Shown here: one piece after another, positions 1 to 8,025 of the stretch | Layout of the letters: each line of letters starts with the position of its first letter | Position numbering within the stretch: the stretch's first letter is position 1 | Virus genome (UHGV): UHGV-0245760 | Length of the DNA: 16,166 nt | Direction: 5' to 3' (one strand) | DNA from: a virus | Position numbers and translations under genes: made by a program | Notes under the pieces: model-generated | What the model saw: the letters and a program-made list of their open reading frames with translations, nothing else | Database searches by the model: none | Told to the model about the DNA's origin: nothing

Positions 1-375
1 TATCTGTATACCGATGTAGCGTTACCTGACGTCGTGGCGATGACCGGGACTGGTAACCCGTTCCTGATGTCGTTCTTCACCCAGACCACAGACGGCAAAC
101 TGAATCTGATGCATCACAAGAAAGCCGGAAACACAAAGTTGGGCGAGTTCGGGAATTACAGTAACGACTGGCAGACGCTGGAGCTGGTGTTCACCGCCGG
201 CAGTGCCACGGTTACTCCGAAACTGAATGGAGTGGCTGTACCGGCATTCCAGGTCATAAAAGACAGTCTGACACTGGGGCTGAATGCACTGACGCTGACA
301 GATATTACCAAAAATGCAACGTATGGCGTCGATATCGGCAGCCTGGTGCTGGAAATCAATAATCCCGCAGCATAA
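1..375 (+). CDS. 3' end of an upstream ORF, 5'-truncated by the window edge; function unknown
   Basis: Reading frame is open from position 1 (YLYTDVALPDVV...) through the ORF-track segment 34..375; stop TAA at 373-375. No family recognised. Confidence 0.45.
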   Translation, partial: YLYTDVALPDVVAMTGTGNPFLMSFFTQTTDGKLNLMHHKKAGNTKLGEFGNYSNDWQTLELVFTAGSATVTPKLNGVAVPAFQVIKDSLTLGLNALTLTDITKNATYGVDIGSLVLEINNPAA

Positions 376-398
376 GGAAGAGCAGGAGAGCAAAACAG

Positions 399-866
399 AT
401 GTTTAAGACAAACAGTCTGCGAGAGTCCATGCTTCATGGGTGTCGGTGGTGCCAGGCTAATCCCGAGAAATTCACCATTTTCGTGGAGAGCGGCAACATT
501 GAAACGACCGGGGAAACGCCCTCGTTTGTTTACCGCTATCAGATGGTGATGTTTGTCATGGATTACGCCGGAGAGCTGGACGACCTCACGCTGCCGCTGC
601 TGGCGTGGTTATCCGAAAATCAGCCACAGTTGTTGCTCAACCCTGAGCGTAATCAGGACATCAAATTCTCCGCCGTTATCAATGACGATGACAGCGCCGA
701 TCTCCTGTTTACGCTCCCCCTGCGGGAACGCGTTCGCATTACGCGCAACAGTCAGGGGACACCGCAGGCAGAACACCTGCAGGAGCCAAAACCCCGTCTG
801 CCCTCTTCCGAAGGCGACTGGTCGCATGTATTCCAGGATGTGACGTGGGGTGAAAGCGATGGATAA
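399..866 (+). CDS. R: P2 gpR-like tail completion protein
   Basis: 155 aa, same length as P2 gpR, with remembered gpR-like motifs (IFVESGN..., LPLLAWLSENQP, LPLRERV). Position immediately upstream of S and V fits P2 order. Confidence 0.7.
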   Translation: MFKTNSLRESMLHGCRWCQANPEKFTIFVESGNIETTGETPSFVYRYQMVMFVMDYAGELDDLTLPLLAWLSENQPQLLLNPERNQDIKFSAVINDDDSADLLFTLPLRERVRITRNSQGTPQAEHLQEPKPRLPSSEGDWSHVFQDVTWGESDG

Positions 867-1494
867 GGCATTCACCCGCGTGGATGAAACCTTTGAGGCC
901 ATCCGCGACAGCCTGAATCAGCAGGCCATCAATAACATCGCCAGAAAGCTGGCACAGGATTTACGCCGCGCCCAGCAGGCGCGTATCCGGTCACAGAAAG
1001 CGCCGGACGGGACCGCATGGACACCACGCAGACGCCGCGTAACCCGGATACAGGAACGTATTCGCTTTATCTGGAATAACGAAGCACGCACGCTGAAAAA
1101 CTGGCATCACGACACGGGGAAATACGGGCGAACCATTACCGGGTGGGATGAGGATAAAAACAATATCCGCACGTTTTACCGGGATGACATCGACCGTTTT
1201 CTGGAAATACGCACCCGGCGCATCAACCAGGACAGCACCAGGCGCGTCCCCATGTTCGTAAAACTGCGCACCGCCCGCTACCTGAAAGCCCGTGCAGATG
1301 CTTCCGGTGTGACGGTGGGTTACAGCGGCGTGGCCGCACGTATTGCACGCGTTCATCAGTTCGGTGAGCGCGATCAGGTTGCGCCGGGCATTTTCACCGA
1401 TTACCCGGTACGTGAGCTGCTGGGTATCAGCCAGGCAGATGAGCGCCTGATTTATAACACGGTGCTGGGCCGGATTGCGGAGGCTGTACGGTGA
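850..1494 (+). CDS. S: P2 gpS-like tail completion / virion morphogenesis protein
   Basis: Position between R and V; basic protein resembling the phage virion morphogenesis family. Start may be GTG 850 or ATG 859; overlaps the R stop at 864-866. Confidence 0.65.
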   Translation: MKAMDKAFTRVDETFEAIRDSLNQQAINNIARKLAQDLRRAQQARIRSQKAPDGTAWTPRRRRVTRIQERIRFIWNNEARTLKNWHHDTGKYGRTITGWDEDKNNIRTFYRDDIDRFLEIRTRRINQDSTRRVPMFVKLRTARYLKARADASGVTVGYSGVAARIARVHQFGERDQVAPGIFTDYPVRELLGISQADERLIYNTVLGRIAEAVR

Positions 1495-2072
1495 GCGCAG
1501 AACTCATGCGACTGCTGAGCAACATCATCCGCACCGGGATCATCTCTGAAGTTGATGAGAAGTCCTGGCGCGTGCGCGTTCGCAGCGGCGAACTGGAAAC
1601 AGGCTGGTTGCGCTGGAACACCACGCGCGCGGGAGCCTTCAATGTGTGGCTGCCGCCATCACCAGGCGAACAGGTGGTAATTGCCTGCATTGGCGGCAAC
1701 CCGGAAACCGCCATGATAATTGGCAGCCTGTGGAGTGATGCCAGTCCGGCCCCCGGCAAAAGCCTGAAAGAAATCGTGGTCAGCGCGCCGGATGGCGCGG
1801 TGTTCCGCTACGACGCAGACGCTGGCGCACTGAGCGCCAGCGGCATGAAAACAGCCACCCTGCAGGCATCCGTCAGCGTGACACTGGACACGCCCGTCGT
1901 GGAATGCACAAACCTTCTGAGAACAGCGACGCTTGACGTCACAAAAGGGGGAAAGATGAGCGGCAATATCACGCACAGCGGCGGCGATTTCACCTCAAAC
2001 GGCATCACAGTGCATACGCATAAACACGGTGGTGTGAAAGGCGGCAGCGATTCGACAGGAGGCCCGCAGTGA
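1491..2072 (+). CDS. V: baseplate assembly protein V (spike)
   Basis: 193 aa; motifs typical of gpV (IIRTGIISEVD, GWLRW, VTLDTPVVECTN, HTHKHGGV). GTG start overlaps S stop (GTGA). Confidence 0.85.
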   Translation: MSAELMRLLSNIIRTGIISEVDEKSWRVRVRSGELETGWLRWNTTRAGAFNVWLPPSPGEQVVIACIGGNPETAMIIGSLWSDASPAPGKSLKEIVVSAPDGAVFRYDADAGALSASGMKTATLQASVSVTLDTPVVECTNLLRTATLDVTKGGKMSGNITHSGGDFTSNGITVHTHKHGGVKGGSDSTGGPQ

Positions 2073-2419
2073 CAACCCGCTACACAGGAATGAATCCGGA
2101 CGGGACGGGAAACCTGAATGATATGGAGCACCTGAAACAGTCAGCCAGGGACATCCTGACCACCCCGCTGGCCAGCCGGGTTATGCGACGGGAATATGGC
2201 AGCCTTGTACCTGATTTGATTGACGAACCCATGAATAACACCACGCGTCTGCAATGCATGAGTGCTGCCGTGATTGCGCTGACACGATGGGAACCCCGCA
2301 TTGCCCTGGACGCCATCGACGTTGTCTGGAAGGCAGGAGGCCGCGCCGGGGTGACGCTGTCGGGCACTGTCATGCAGACCATGCAGAATGTTGAGTTAAC
2401 CATCACGCTGAGGGAGTAA
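2069..2419 (+). CDS. W: baseplate protein W (GP25 / lysozyme-like family)
   Basis: 116 aa, position after V, gpW-like sequence; GTG start with AGGAGG 8 nt upstream; overlaps V stop. Confidence 0.8.
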   Translation: MTTRYTGMNPDGTGNLNDMEHLKQSARDILTTPLASRVMRREYGSLVPDLIDEPMNNTTRLQCMSAAVIALTRWEPRIALDAIDVVWKAGGRAGVTLSGTVMQTMQNVELTITLRE

Positions 2420-2422
2420 ATC

Positions 2423-3319
2423 ATGCCTGCTGTTGACCTTTCCCAGTTACCGGAACCCGCCATCATCGCGAAGCCTGATTTTGAGGCAATTCTGGCTGAC
2501 ACAAAGGCCATGATGATTGCGTCCTATCCTGCCGAACAGCGTGAAGCCGTCTCCGCCGCGCTGGAGCTGGAATCAGAACCCCTGAACGTTATCGCCCAGA
2601 CAACAGCGTTTCGTGAAATGCTGTTACGCCAGCGGGTCAATGAGGGTGCACGCGCCTGCATGTTAAGCCACAGCGCCGGGACAGACCTGGACAACCTCGC
2701 GGGCAATATGAACACAAAGCGCCTGGTTATCACTCCGGCAACGGATACCACCGACGCGGTGATGGAAAGCGACACATCGCTGAGACTGCGGGCGCAACGG
2801 GCGTATGACGGTCTGAGTGTTGCTGGCCCGTCAGGCGCATACGAGTATTTTGCACGCAGCGCCAGCGGTCTGGTACGCGACGCGCGAGCCATCAGCCCGT
2901 CTCCGGCCAACGTGACGGTTTCCATTCTGTCCACTGAAGGCGACGGCACAGCAACGGAGGCGTTGCTTAATACCGTTCGCGCCACTCTGAATGCAGAGGA
3001 TACCCGCCCGGTGGCCGACCGCCTGACCGTACAGAGCGCCAGAATCGTGACATGGCGGCTGAATGCAAAACTGTACTTTTACCCCGGCCCGGAATCCGAA
3101 CCTATTCTGGCCGCGGCTGAATCGTCGTTCAGGAAGTGGCTGGCTGAGCAGGGGCTTATCGGTCAGGACGTGGCGTTGTCCGCCATTGCTGCCGCACTGC
3201 ATGTGCACGGTGTGCAACGCGTGGAGATAATCGAACCCACACAGAATATGGCCATCAGCGACATACAGGCGGCGCGCTGTGAGTCATTCACCATCAGCGA
3301 AGGTGGACGCAATGAGTAA
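2423..3319 (+). CDS. J: baseplate assembly protein J
   Basis: 298 aa, gpJ-like, follows W by 3 nt with GAGGGAG RBS. Confidence 0.85.
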   Translation: MPAVDLSQLPEPAIIAKPDFEAILADTKAMMIASYPAEQREAVSAALELESEPLNVIAQTTAFREMLLRQRVNEGARACMLSHSAGTDLDNLAGNMNTKRLVITPATDTTDAVMESDTSLRLRAQRAYDGLSVAGPSGAYEYFARSASGLVRDARAISPSPANVTVSILSTEGDGTATEALLNTVRATLNAEDTRPVADRLTVQSARIVTWRLNAKLYFYPGPESEPILAAAESSFRKWLAEQGLIGQDVALSAIAAALHVHGVQRVEIIEPTQNMAISDIQAARCESFTISEGGRNE

Positions 3320-3920
3320 TTCGTTGTTACCCCCATCAGCCAGCAATTTCATGCGTTGTGCCGAAGCCGTCGGAACACGCATTACAGACATTCCGGTAGA
3401 CCTCAACACGTTGTGGTCGCCGGACACCTGCCCGGTGCATCTGCTGCCTTATCTCGCCTGGGCGTTTTCCGTTGACCGCTGGGATCGCAACTGGCCGGAA
3501 GAGACAAAGCGACAGGTGATTCGTGATGCATGGCTGATACACCGACACAAAGGGACCATCAGCGCACTGCGAAGAGCCGTGGAGCCTCTCGGCTACCTGA
3601 TTGAAGTAAAGGAGTGGTGGCAACTCAATGAGGAGCCTGGGACATTTCGCATTGTTGTCGGAGTACTTGATCAGGGCATCACCGATGAAATGCATCAGGA
3701 ACTTGAACGCCTTATTGCGGATGCAAAACCAGTAAGTCGCCATCTGACAGGGCTGGCGATCAGTCTGAGTGTGAACGGAAAGATTTTCGTTGGTACGGGA
3801 TGCTATCACGGCGATGCCCTGACGGTTTACCCCTACACCCCGGAGTCCATTATTGTCGAAGGGGATTATTTCCCTGCCCCGGCCATTCATTTAATTGATA
3901 ATCTGAGAGTAAACGCATGA
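3312..3920 (+). CDS. I: baseplate / tail protein I
   Basis: ATG at 3312 overlaps J stop (ATGAGTAA). gpI-like motifs [18 protein letters not shown]. The ORF-track start at 3279 is an in-frame upstream extension and is not preferred. Confidence 0.8.
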   Translation: MSNSLLPPSASNFMRCAEAVGTRITDIPVDLNTLWSPDTCPVHLLPYLAWAFSVDRWDRNWPEETKRQVIRDAWLIHRHKGTISALRRAVEPLGYLIEVKEWWQLNEEPGTFRIVVGVLDQGITDEMHQELERLIADAKPVSRHLTGLAISLSVNGKIFVGTGCYHGDALTVYPYTPESIIVEGDYFPAPAIHLIDNLRVNA

Positions 3921-5347
3921 CAATGAAATACTACGCCATTCTGACTAATCAGGGCGCGGCACGACTGGCTAACGCGACGATGCTCGGCAGTAAGCTGAAT
4001 CTGACGCAAATGGCCGTTGGTGATGCAAATGGTGTGTTACCAACACCAAACCCTGCACAAACAAAACTGATTAACCAGAAACGCATTGCACCGCTGAATC
4101 TTCTGAGTGTTGACCCTAACAATCAGAGCCAGATTATTGCGGAGCAAATCATCCCTGAAGACGAGGGAGGATTCTGGATCCGTGAGATTGGTCTTTATGA
4201 TGATAAAGGTGTACTCATTGCGGTGGCAAACTGCCCGGAAACGTACAAACCGCAGTTGCAGGAAGGCAGTGGACGCACCCAGACTATCCGCATGATTCTG
4301 GTTGTCACGAACACCAAAGCCATCACGCTGAAAATCGACCCGTCTGTGGTTCTGGCAACCCGCAAATATGTGGATGATAAAATCTCAAAGCACGAGCAGT
4401 CACGACGTCACCCGGACGCCTCGCTGACCGCAAAAGGCTTTGTTCAACTTAGCAGCGCCACGGACAGTCAATCAGAAACTGAGGCTGCCACGCCGAAGGC
4501 TGTGAAAATCGCGTATGATCTGGCCCGGGGAAAATACACAGCCCAGGATGCAACAACGACCCGTAAAGGGATCGTACAACTGAGCAGTGCCATCAACAGC
4601 ACGTCTGAAACGCTGGCCGCCACACCGAAGGCCGTCAAGGCTGCATACGACCTTGCAGCCGGCAAGGCGCCCGTCAGCCACACTCACCCGTGGAGTCAGA
4701 TAACGGGAGTGCCTGCTGCCTCGCTGACGGCAAAAGGCACCGTACAATTGAGCAGTGCCATCAACAGCACGTCTGAAATACTGGCCGCCACACCGAAAGC
4801 GGTCAAGGCTGCATACGATCTGGCAAACGGAAAACAACCGGCAGATGCCACGCTCACTGCTCTGGCAGGACTTGTCACTGCAGCAGATCGGTTGCCTTAT
4901 TTTACCGGAGCAGACCGCGCAGCGCTGGCAACCCTTACAGCTATTGGTCGCGCTATTATCGCTAAGGGCAGTATAAAAGATGTCCTCAATTACCTTGGTT
5001 TGGGAGAAGCGGCAAAAAGGAATGTGGGGACAGGGACGAATCAGATACCTGATATGGGTAGCTTCACGCTTTCTGTTTCAGGTACTGGATATCAAAAATT
5101 ACCATCTGGTTTTATTCTTCAGTGGGGCTCAATCGGCGCACCAAGCATTGCACAGGATGTGGTAACCCATTTTCCGATTGCATTTCCAAACAGATGTCTG
5201 CGTGTTTTGGTCTCACAAGACTACACACCAGATAGCGGGGCTGTTGGTTATATTGCCTGTGCAGGTTTTAGTTCCGACCCGGTTAAATTTATATCCAGAG
5301 CCAGTACTCCTGGCCTCGGCGCTTCATTTTTAGCGTTAGGCTGTTAA
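3917..5347 (+). CDS. H: tail fiber protein H: constant N-terminal part (3917-4996) fused to the currently expressed variable C-terminal cassette (4997-5347)
   Basis: 476 aa; N-terminus ([20 protein letters not shown]...MAVGDANG) is the conserved P2 H / Mu S type fiber N-terminus; internal fiber repeats; ATG overlaps I stop (ATGA). Confidence 0.85.
   Translation: MTMKYYAILTNQGAARLANATMLGSKLNLTQMAVGDANGVLPTPNPAQTKLINQKRIAPLNLLSVDPNNQSQIIAEQIIPEDEGGFWIREIGLYDDKGVLIAVANCPETYKPQLQEGSGRTQTIRMILVVTNTKAITLKIDPSVVLATRKYVDDKISKHEQSRRHPDASLTAKGFVQLSSATDSQSETEAATPKAVKIAYDLARGKYTAQDATTTRKGIVQLSSAINSTSETLAATPKAVKAAYDLAAGKAPVSHTHPWSQITGVPAASLTAKGTVQLSSAINSTSEILAATPKAVKAAYDLANGKQPADATLTALAGLVTAADRLPYFTGADRAALATLTAIGRAIIAKGSIKDVLNYLGLGEAAKRNVGTGTNQIPDMGSFTLSVSGTGYQKLPSGFILQWGSIGAPSIAQDVVTHFPIAFPNRCLRVLVSQDYTPDSGAVGYIACAGFSSDPVKFISRASTPGLGASFLALGC
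4418..4836 (+). repeat. three imperfect in-frame fiber-shaft repeats within H (consensus [27 protein letters not shown])
   Basis: Copies begin near 4418, 4550 and 4718; copies 2 and 3 are nearly identical at DNA level by eye. They generate spurious minus-strand ORFs 4468..4683, 4472..4837, 4696..4878. Confidence 0.7.
4983..5008. repeat. left inversion crossover site (hix/gix-like 26-bp site), core TT at 4995-4996
   Basis: TCCTCAATTACC TT GGTTTGGGAGAA; 19 of 26 positions match the Hin hix consensus as I recall it; its inner half-site is the exact reverse complement of the half-site at 6819-6830. Confidence 0.6.
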
Positions 5348-5369
5348 TTTAGCTATATGGAGTGAAAAA

Positions 5370-5810
5370 ATGAATTACATATATTCCGCGACGACAAACT
5401 CTTTCTATCCCTTGGAGATGAAAGAGGATTACACACAAGCTGACTCATGGCCAGATGATGCTGTTGAAGTTGATGAGCAAGTGTATATTGAGTTTTCCGG
5501 ATTACCGCCGAAAGGAAAAATCCGTATCGCTGGAGAAAATGGTTTTCCTGCATGGTCTGAAATTCCACCACCAACACATGAGGAACAGATTGCTGCAGCC
5601 GAACAGGAAAAGCAGCAACTGATTAATCAGGCCAACGATTATATGAACAGTAAACAATGGCCTGGTAAAGCGGCTATTGGTCGTCTGAAAGGTGAGGAAC
5701 TGGCGCAATATAATTTGTGGCTGGATTATCTGGACGCACTGGAACTGGTCGATACTTCCGGTGCGCCAGATATTGAATGGCCTACGCCTCCGGCAGTTCA
5801 GGCCAGATGA
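5370..5810 (+). CDS. tail fiber assembly protein (Tfa / gpG / Mu U type), partner of the currently expressed fiber C-terminus
   Basis: 146 aa; follows the fiber stop by 22 nt with GGAG RBS; C-terminal motif LWLDYLDALELVDTSGAPDIEWPTPP typical of fiber assembly chaperones. Confidence 0.8.
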   Translation: MNYIYSATTNSFYPLEMKEDYTQADSWPDDAVEVDEQVYIEFSGLPPKGKIRIAGENGFPAWSEIPPPTHEEQIAAAEQEKQQLINQANDYMNSKQWPGKAAIGRLKGEELAQYNLWLDYLDALELVDTSGAPDIEWPTPPAVQAR

Positions 5811-6375
5811 CATCCGGCGCGGTGCTGGTATCTGTTGTCGTCACCGCGTCAATGTAATCAAGCACGGCGTTAAGCCGGGTGGTTTCTGCCTGCGTCAGCT
5901 TCCGCCCGGCCTGTAATTTCAGCTGAATCAGACTGATGGAAGCCATTGCAGCATCAATCAGTGACTGGCGCTGTGCTTCTGCCGCTTCTACTGCGGCACC
6001 GTGTTGTGCCTCAGTATCTGTCACCCATTTCTCACCATCCCATTTATCATATGGCGTTAACGGTGAAAGCGTGACATAACCGTTTTTGATGGCACCGATA
6101 TAATCCACTGTAACAGCAGCACCATTTTCGATTGAGTAAACAGTCTCATTGCGATGGTCTTCTTCATGGCTCCATCCCTTACCTGTAAATACTGCCACTC
6201 TTCCCGGAATGTTTTCGCCAGGGTCAATACCAGTGGAACAGGCGGGCATACTTACGCCAGTATTAATATATTCATCAGACCAGCCCGTATACTCAGATGT
6301 TTCAGCATCATAATAAAAACAACGCATATCGCCCGGCACTGTAGCCAGCCCATTTTCATCAAAAACAGGTTTCAT
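5782..6375 (-). CDS. alternative tail fiber assembly protein, silent in this orientation
   Basis: 197 aa; C-terminal LNAVLDYIDAVTTTDTSTAPDVIWPELPEA parallels the plus-strand chaperone; 3' ends of the two chaperone genes overlap at 5782-5810; its ATG (6373-6375) overlaps the stop of the upstream silent fiber cassette (TAATG). Confidence 0.75.
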   Translation of the reverse strand: MKPVFDENGLATVPGDMRCFYYDAETSEYTGWSDEYINTGVSMPACSTGIDPGENIPGRVAVFTGKGWSHEEDHRNETVYSIENGAAVTVDYIGAIKNGYVTLSPLTPYDKWDGEKWVTDTEAQHGAAVEAAEAQRQSLIDAAMASISLIQLKLQAGRKLTQAETTRLNAVLDYIDAVTTTDTSTAPDVIWPELPEA

Positions 6376-6830
6376 TATTTAGCCCTCACCAGAAAGTTAA
6401 ATGCAATATTTCGCGGTCTGACAGCAACAAAATTCACACCATCACCCAAAGAGTTACTGGTGAAATTAAATCGTGAAAATCCTGGCTGATTTCCGGCGAT
6501 GCCATCATGAAAATTAATTGCGTGTCCCGCACCTCCGCCTATATTCCCGGCAAACTGAGAAAAGTTTGTAGCTGCCTGCCAGCTTAATAATTTGCGACCA
6601 CCGTCTGCACCTCGCCCGTCATCCCAGATACGAATGAAATCACCGCGGGCTTCAGGTAATACCAGCGAAGGAAACACTTTTGCCAGCACAGGGTAATCAG
6701 AGGCAGAAAATTTCGCCCCGTTGAACTTCAAAAACACCATACTGGACCAGCTTTTGATTACGGTATCTGGCATTGCGGCGGACGGCCAGAAGAACGGAAC
6801 GCCAATAGCTGGAGAACCTTCTCCCAAACC
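6375..6830 (-). CDS. alternative tail-fiber C-terminal cassette (no own start; expressed only after inversion fuses it to H 3917-4996)
   Basis: In frame with the H constant region across the crossover: after inversion ...[20 protein letters not shown]... reads through to a stop at 6375-6377, giving a fiber of about 511 aa. The ORF-track Met at 6884 lies beyond the crossover site and is probably fortuitous. Confidence 0.6.
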   Translation of the reverse strand, partial: GLGEGSPAIGVPFFWPSAAMPDTVIKSWSSMVFLKFNGAKFSASDYPVLAKVFPSLVLPEARGDFIRIWDDGRGADGGRKLLSWQAATNFSQFAGNIGGGAGHAINFHDGIAGNQPGFSRFNFTSNSLGDGVNFVAVRPRNIAFNFLVRAK

Positions 6831-6844
6831 AACGTTTTCGTTTT
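6819..6844. repeat. right inversion crossover site, core AA at 6831-6832
   Basis: TTCTCCCAAACC AA CGTTTTCGTTTT; 6819-6835 is the reverse complement of 4992-5008 with one mismatch (16 of 17). Confidence 0.6.
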
Positions 6845-6898
6845 TATCCCTACCTATACCAACTCTGTATTTTTCACGAAACAAAGAGGATGTTTTTT

Positions 6899-7498
6899 AT
6901 GCAAATTGGCTATATTCGTGTGTCAACAAACGACCAGAACACGGATTTACAACGCAATGCACTGAACTGCGCAGGATGTGAACTGATTTTTGAAGATAAA
7001 ATCAGCGGAACGAAATCAACCAGACCGGGATTGAAAAAACTGCTCAGAACGCTATCAGAAGGAGATACGCTGGTTGTCTGGAAGCTGGACAGACTGGGCA
7101 GAAGTATGAAACACCTGATCACGCTTATTGAGGAATTGCGGGAAAAAGGTGTTAATTTCCGTAGTCTGACGGACAGCATTGACACGTCAACACCCATGGG
7201 GCGTTTCTTTTTTCACGTCATGGGGGCTTTAGCCGAAATGGAACGTGAATTAATTGTAGAACGTACACTGGCCGGGCTGGCAGCAGCACGCGCACAAGGA
7301 CGCATTGGCGGACGTCGCCCGAAGTTGACAAAAGAACAACACGAGCAAATAGCAAGGCTGATTAAAAACGGTCATGACAGGAAACAACTGGCGATCATTT
7401 ACGACATCGGCATATCGACGATTTATCGTTATCACCCTGTAGGCGATATACAGGCTGAAGCAACAACCAGGCAGACTCAGGAAAATGAAAACCGCTAA
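6899..7498 (+). CDS. serine-recombinase DNA invertase (Hin/Gin/Cin/Pin family)
   Basis: N-terminus MQIGYIRVSTNDQNTDLQRNAL matches the invertase catalytic-serine region; resolvase-type core (LVVWKLDRLGRSMKHL) and C-terminal HTH (GISTIYRY). AGAGGA RBS 8 nt upstream of ATG 6899; the ORF-track start at 6890 is less likely. Confidence 0.9.
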   Translation: MQIGYIRVSTNDQNTDLQRNALNCAGCELIFEDKISGTKSTRPGLKKLLRTLSEGDTLVVWKLDRLGRSMKHLITLIEELREKGVNFRSLTDSIDTSTPMGRFFFHVMGALAEMERELIVERTLAGLAAARAQGRIGGRRPKLTKEQHEQIARLIKNGHDRKQLAIIYDIGISTIYRYHPVGDIQAEATTRQTQENENR

Positions 7499-7524
7499 TC
7501 TGACCATTAGCGGTTTTGCGTTAA

Positions 7525-8013
7525 TCAAAACAGCCCTTTAACGGAGCTGGCCGCGCTGTTAAGGGATGATGTGACCTTATCTTTGAAGCCGGACAGCATA
7601 TCACTGAACGATGAGGATTGCAGGCGCTCCCGCAAATCCTCATCACAGCGTTCAAGGGTCAGTGAAAATTCTATCTTTTTCGCCTTACCGTAGCGATCAA
7701 ACTCGGAACGGGTCGTATTCGTTTCGGTCAGGACATACATGCCGTAAATCTGCCCGACACCATCAATCAGAGGCCAGGGGCGTCCTGTATATGCCTGCGT
7801 GGTCAGCAACGAAAGCGACACTTCGCCACCTGTAATTTCAGGATAAAGCACGCCTGAAAGCACGATGCGATCATCACCTGCACCGATATACTGCCAGCTT
7901 GCTGAACGGTTAACGCGTTCATTTTTCACATGCCGCCAGCTTTTGCTTTGCTGTAACTGCTGATGCGGCAACGTGCGCAGCTCAAAAACAAACATGCCGT
8001 AGATCATCATCAT
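7525..8013 (-). CDS. U: tail protein U (tail terminator)
   Basis: gpU-like (MMMIYGMFVFELRTLPHQQLQ...); GAGGAG RBS upstream; start taken at the third ATG (8011-8013) for RBS spacing, but 8017-8019 is possible. Confidence 0.8.
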   Translation of the reverse strand: MMMIYGMFVFELRTLPHQQLQQSKSWRHVKNERVNRSASWQYIGAGDDRIVLSGVLYPEITGGEVSLSLLTTQAYTGRPWPLIDGVGQIYGMYVLTETNTTRSEFDRYGKAKKIEFSLTLERCDEDLRERLQSSSFSDMLSGFKDKVTSSLNSAASSVKGLF

Positions 8014-8025
8014 GGCCATGACTCC

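Larger units (their letters stand above)
4997..6830. other. invertible tail-fiber segment (Mu G-segment / P1 C-segment analogue), about 1.83 kb
   Basis: Bounded by the inverted crossover sites at 4983-5008 and 6819-6844; holds two alternative fiber C-termini and two convergent chaperone genes; invertase gene lies just outside. Confidence 0.6.

Noticed and set aside
22-902. Minus-strand ORFs 22..393, 156..437, 609..902 and plus ORF 553..843
   Set aside because: Overlap the better-supported plus-strand upstream ORF and R genes; low-complexity translations with no start context.
4468-4878. Three minus-strand ORFs (4468..4683, 4472..4837, 4696..4878) inside H
   Set aside because: Antisense shadows of the fiber-shaft repeats; they share repeated peptide segments because the DNA is repeated, and H on the plus strand is clearly the real gene.
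6154-6981. Plus-strand ORFs 6154..6489 and 6721..6981 across the silent fiber cassette
   Set aside because: Antisense to the well-supported minus-strand chaperone and fiber cassette; 6721..6981 also runs through the crossover site into the invertase start.
7499-7531. Hairpin GTTTTG-N7-CAAAAC between the convergent invertase and U genes as a bidirectional terminator or pseudo-inversion site
   Set aside because: Six A/T-rich base pairs with no flanking U-tract is too weak to call a terminator, and resemblance to a gix half-site is marginal.
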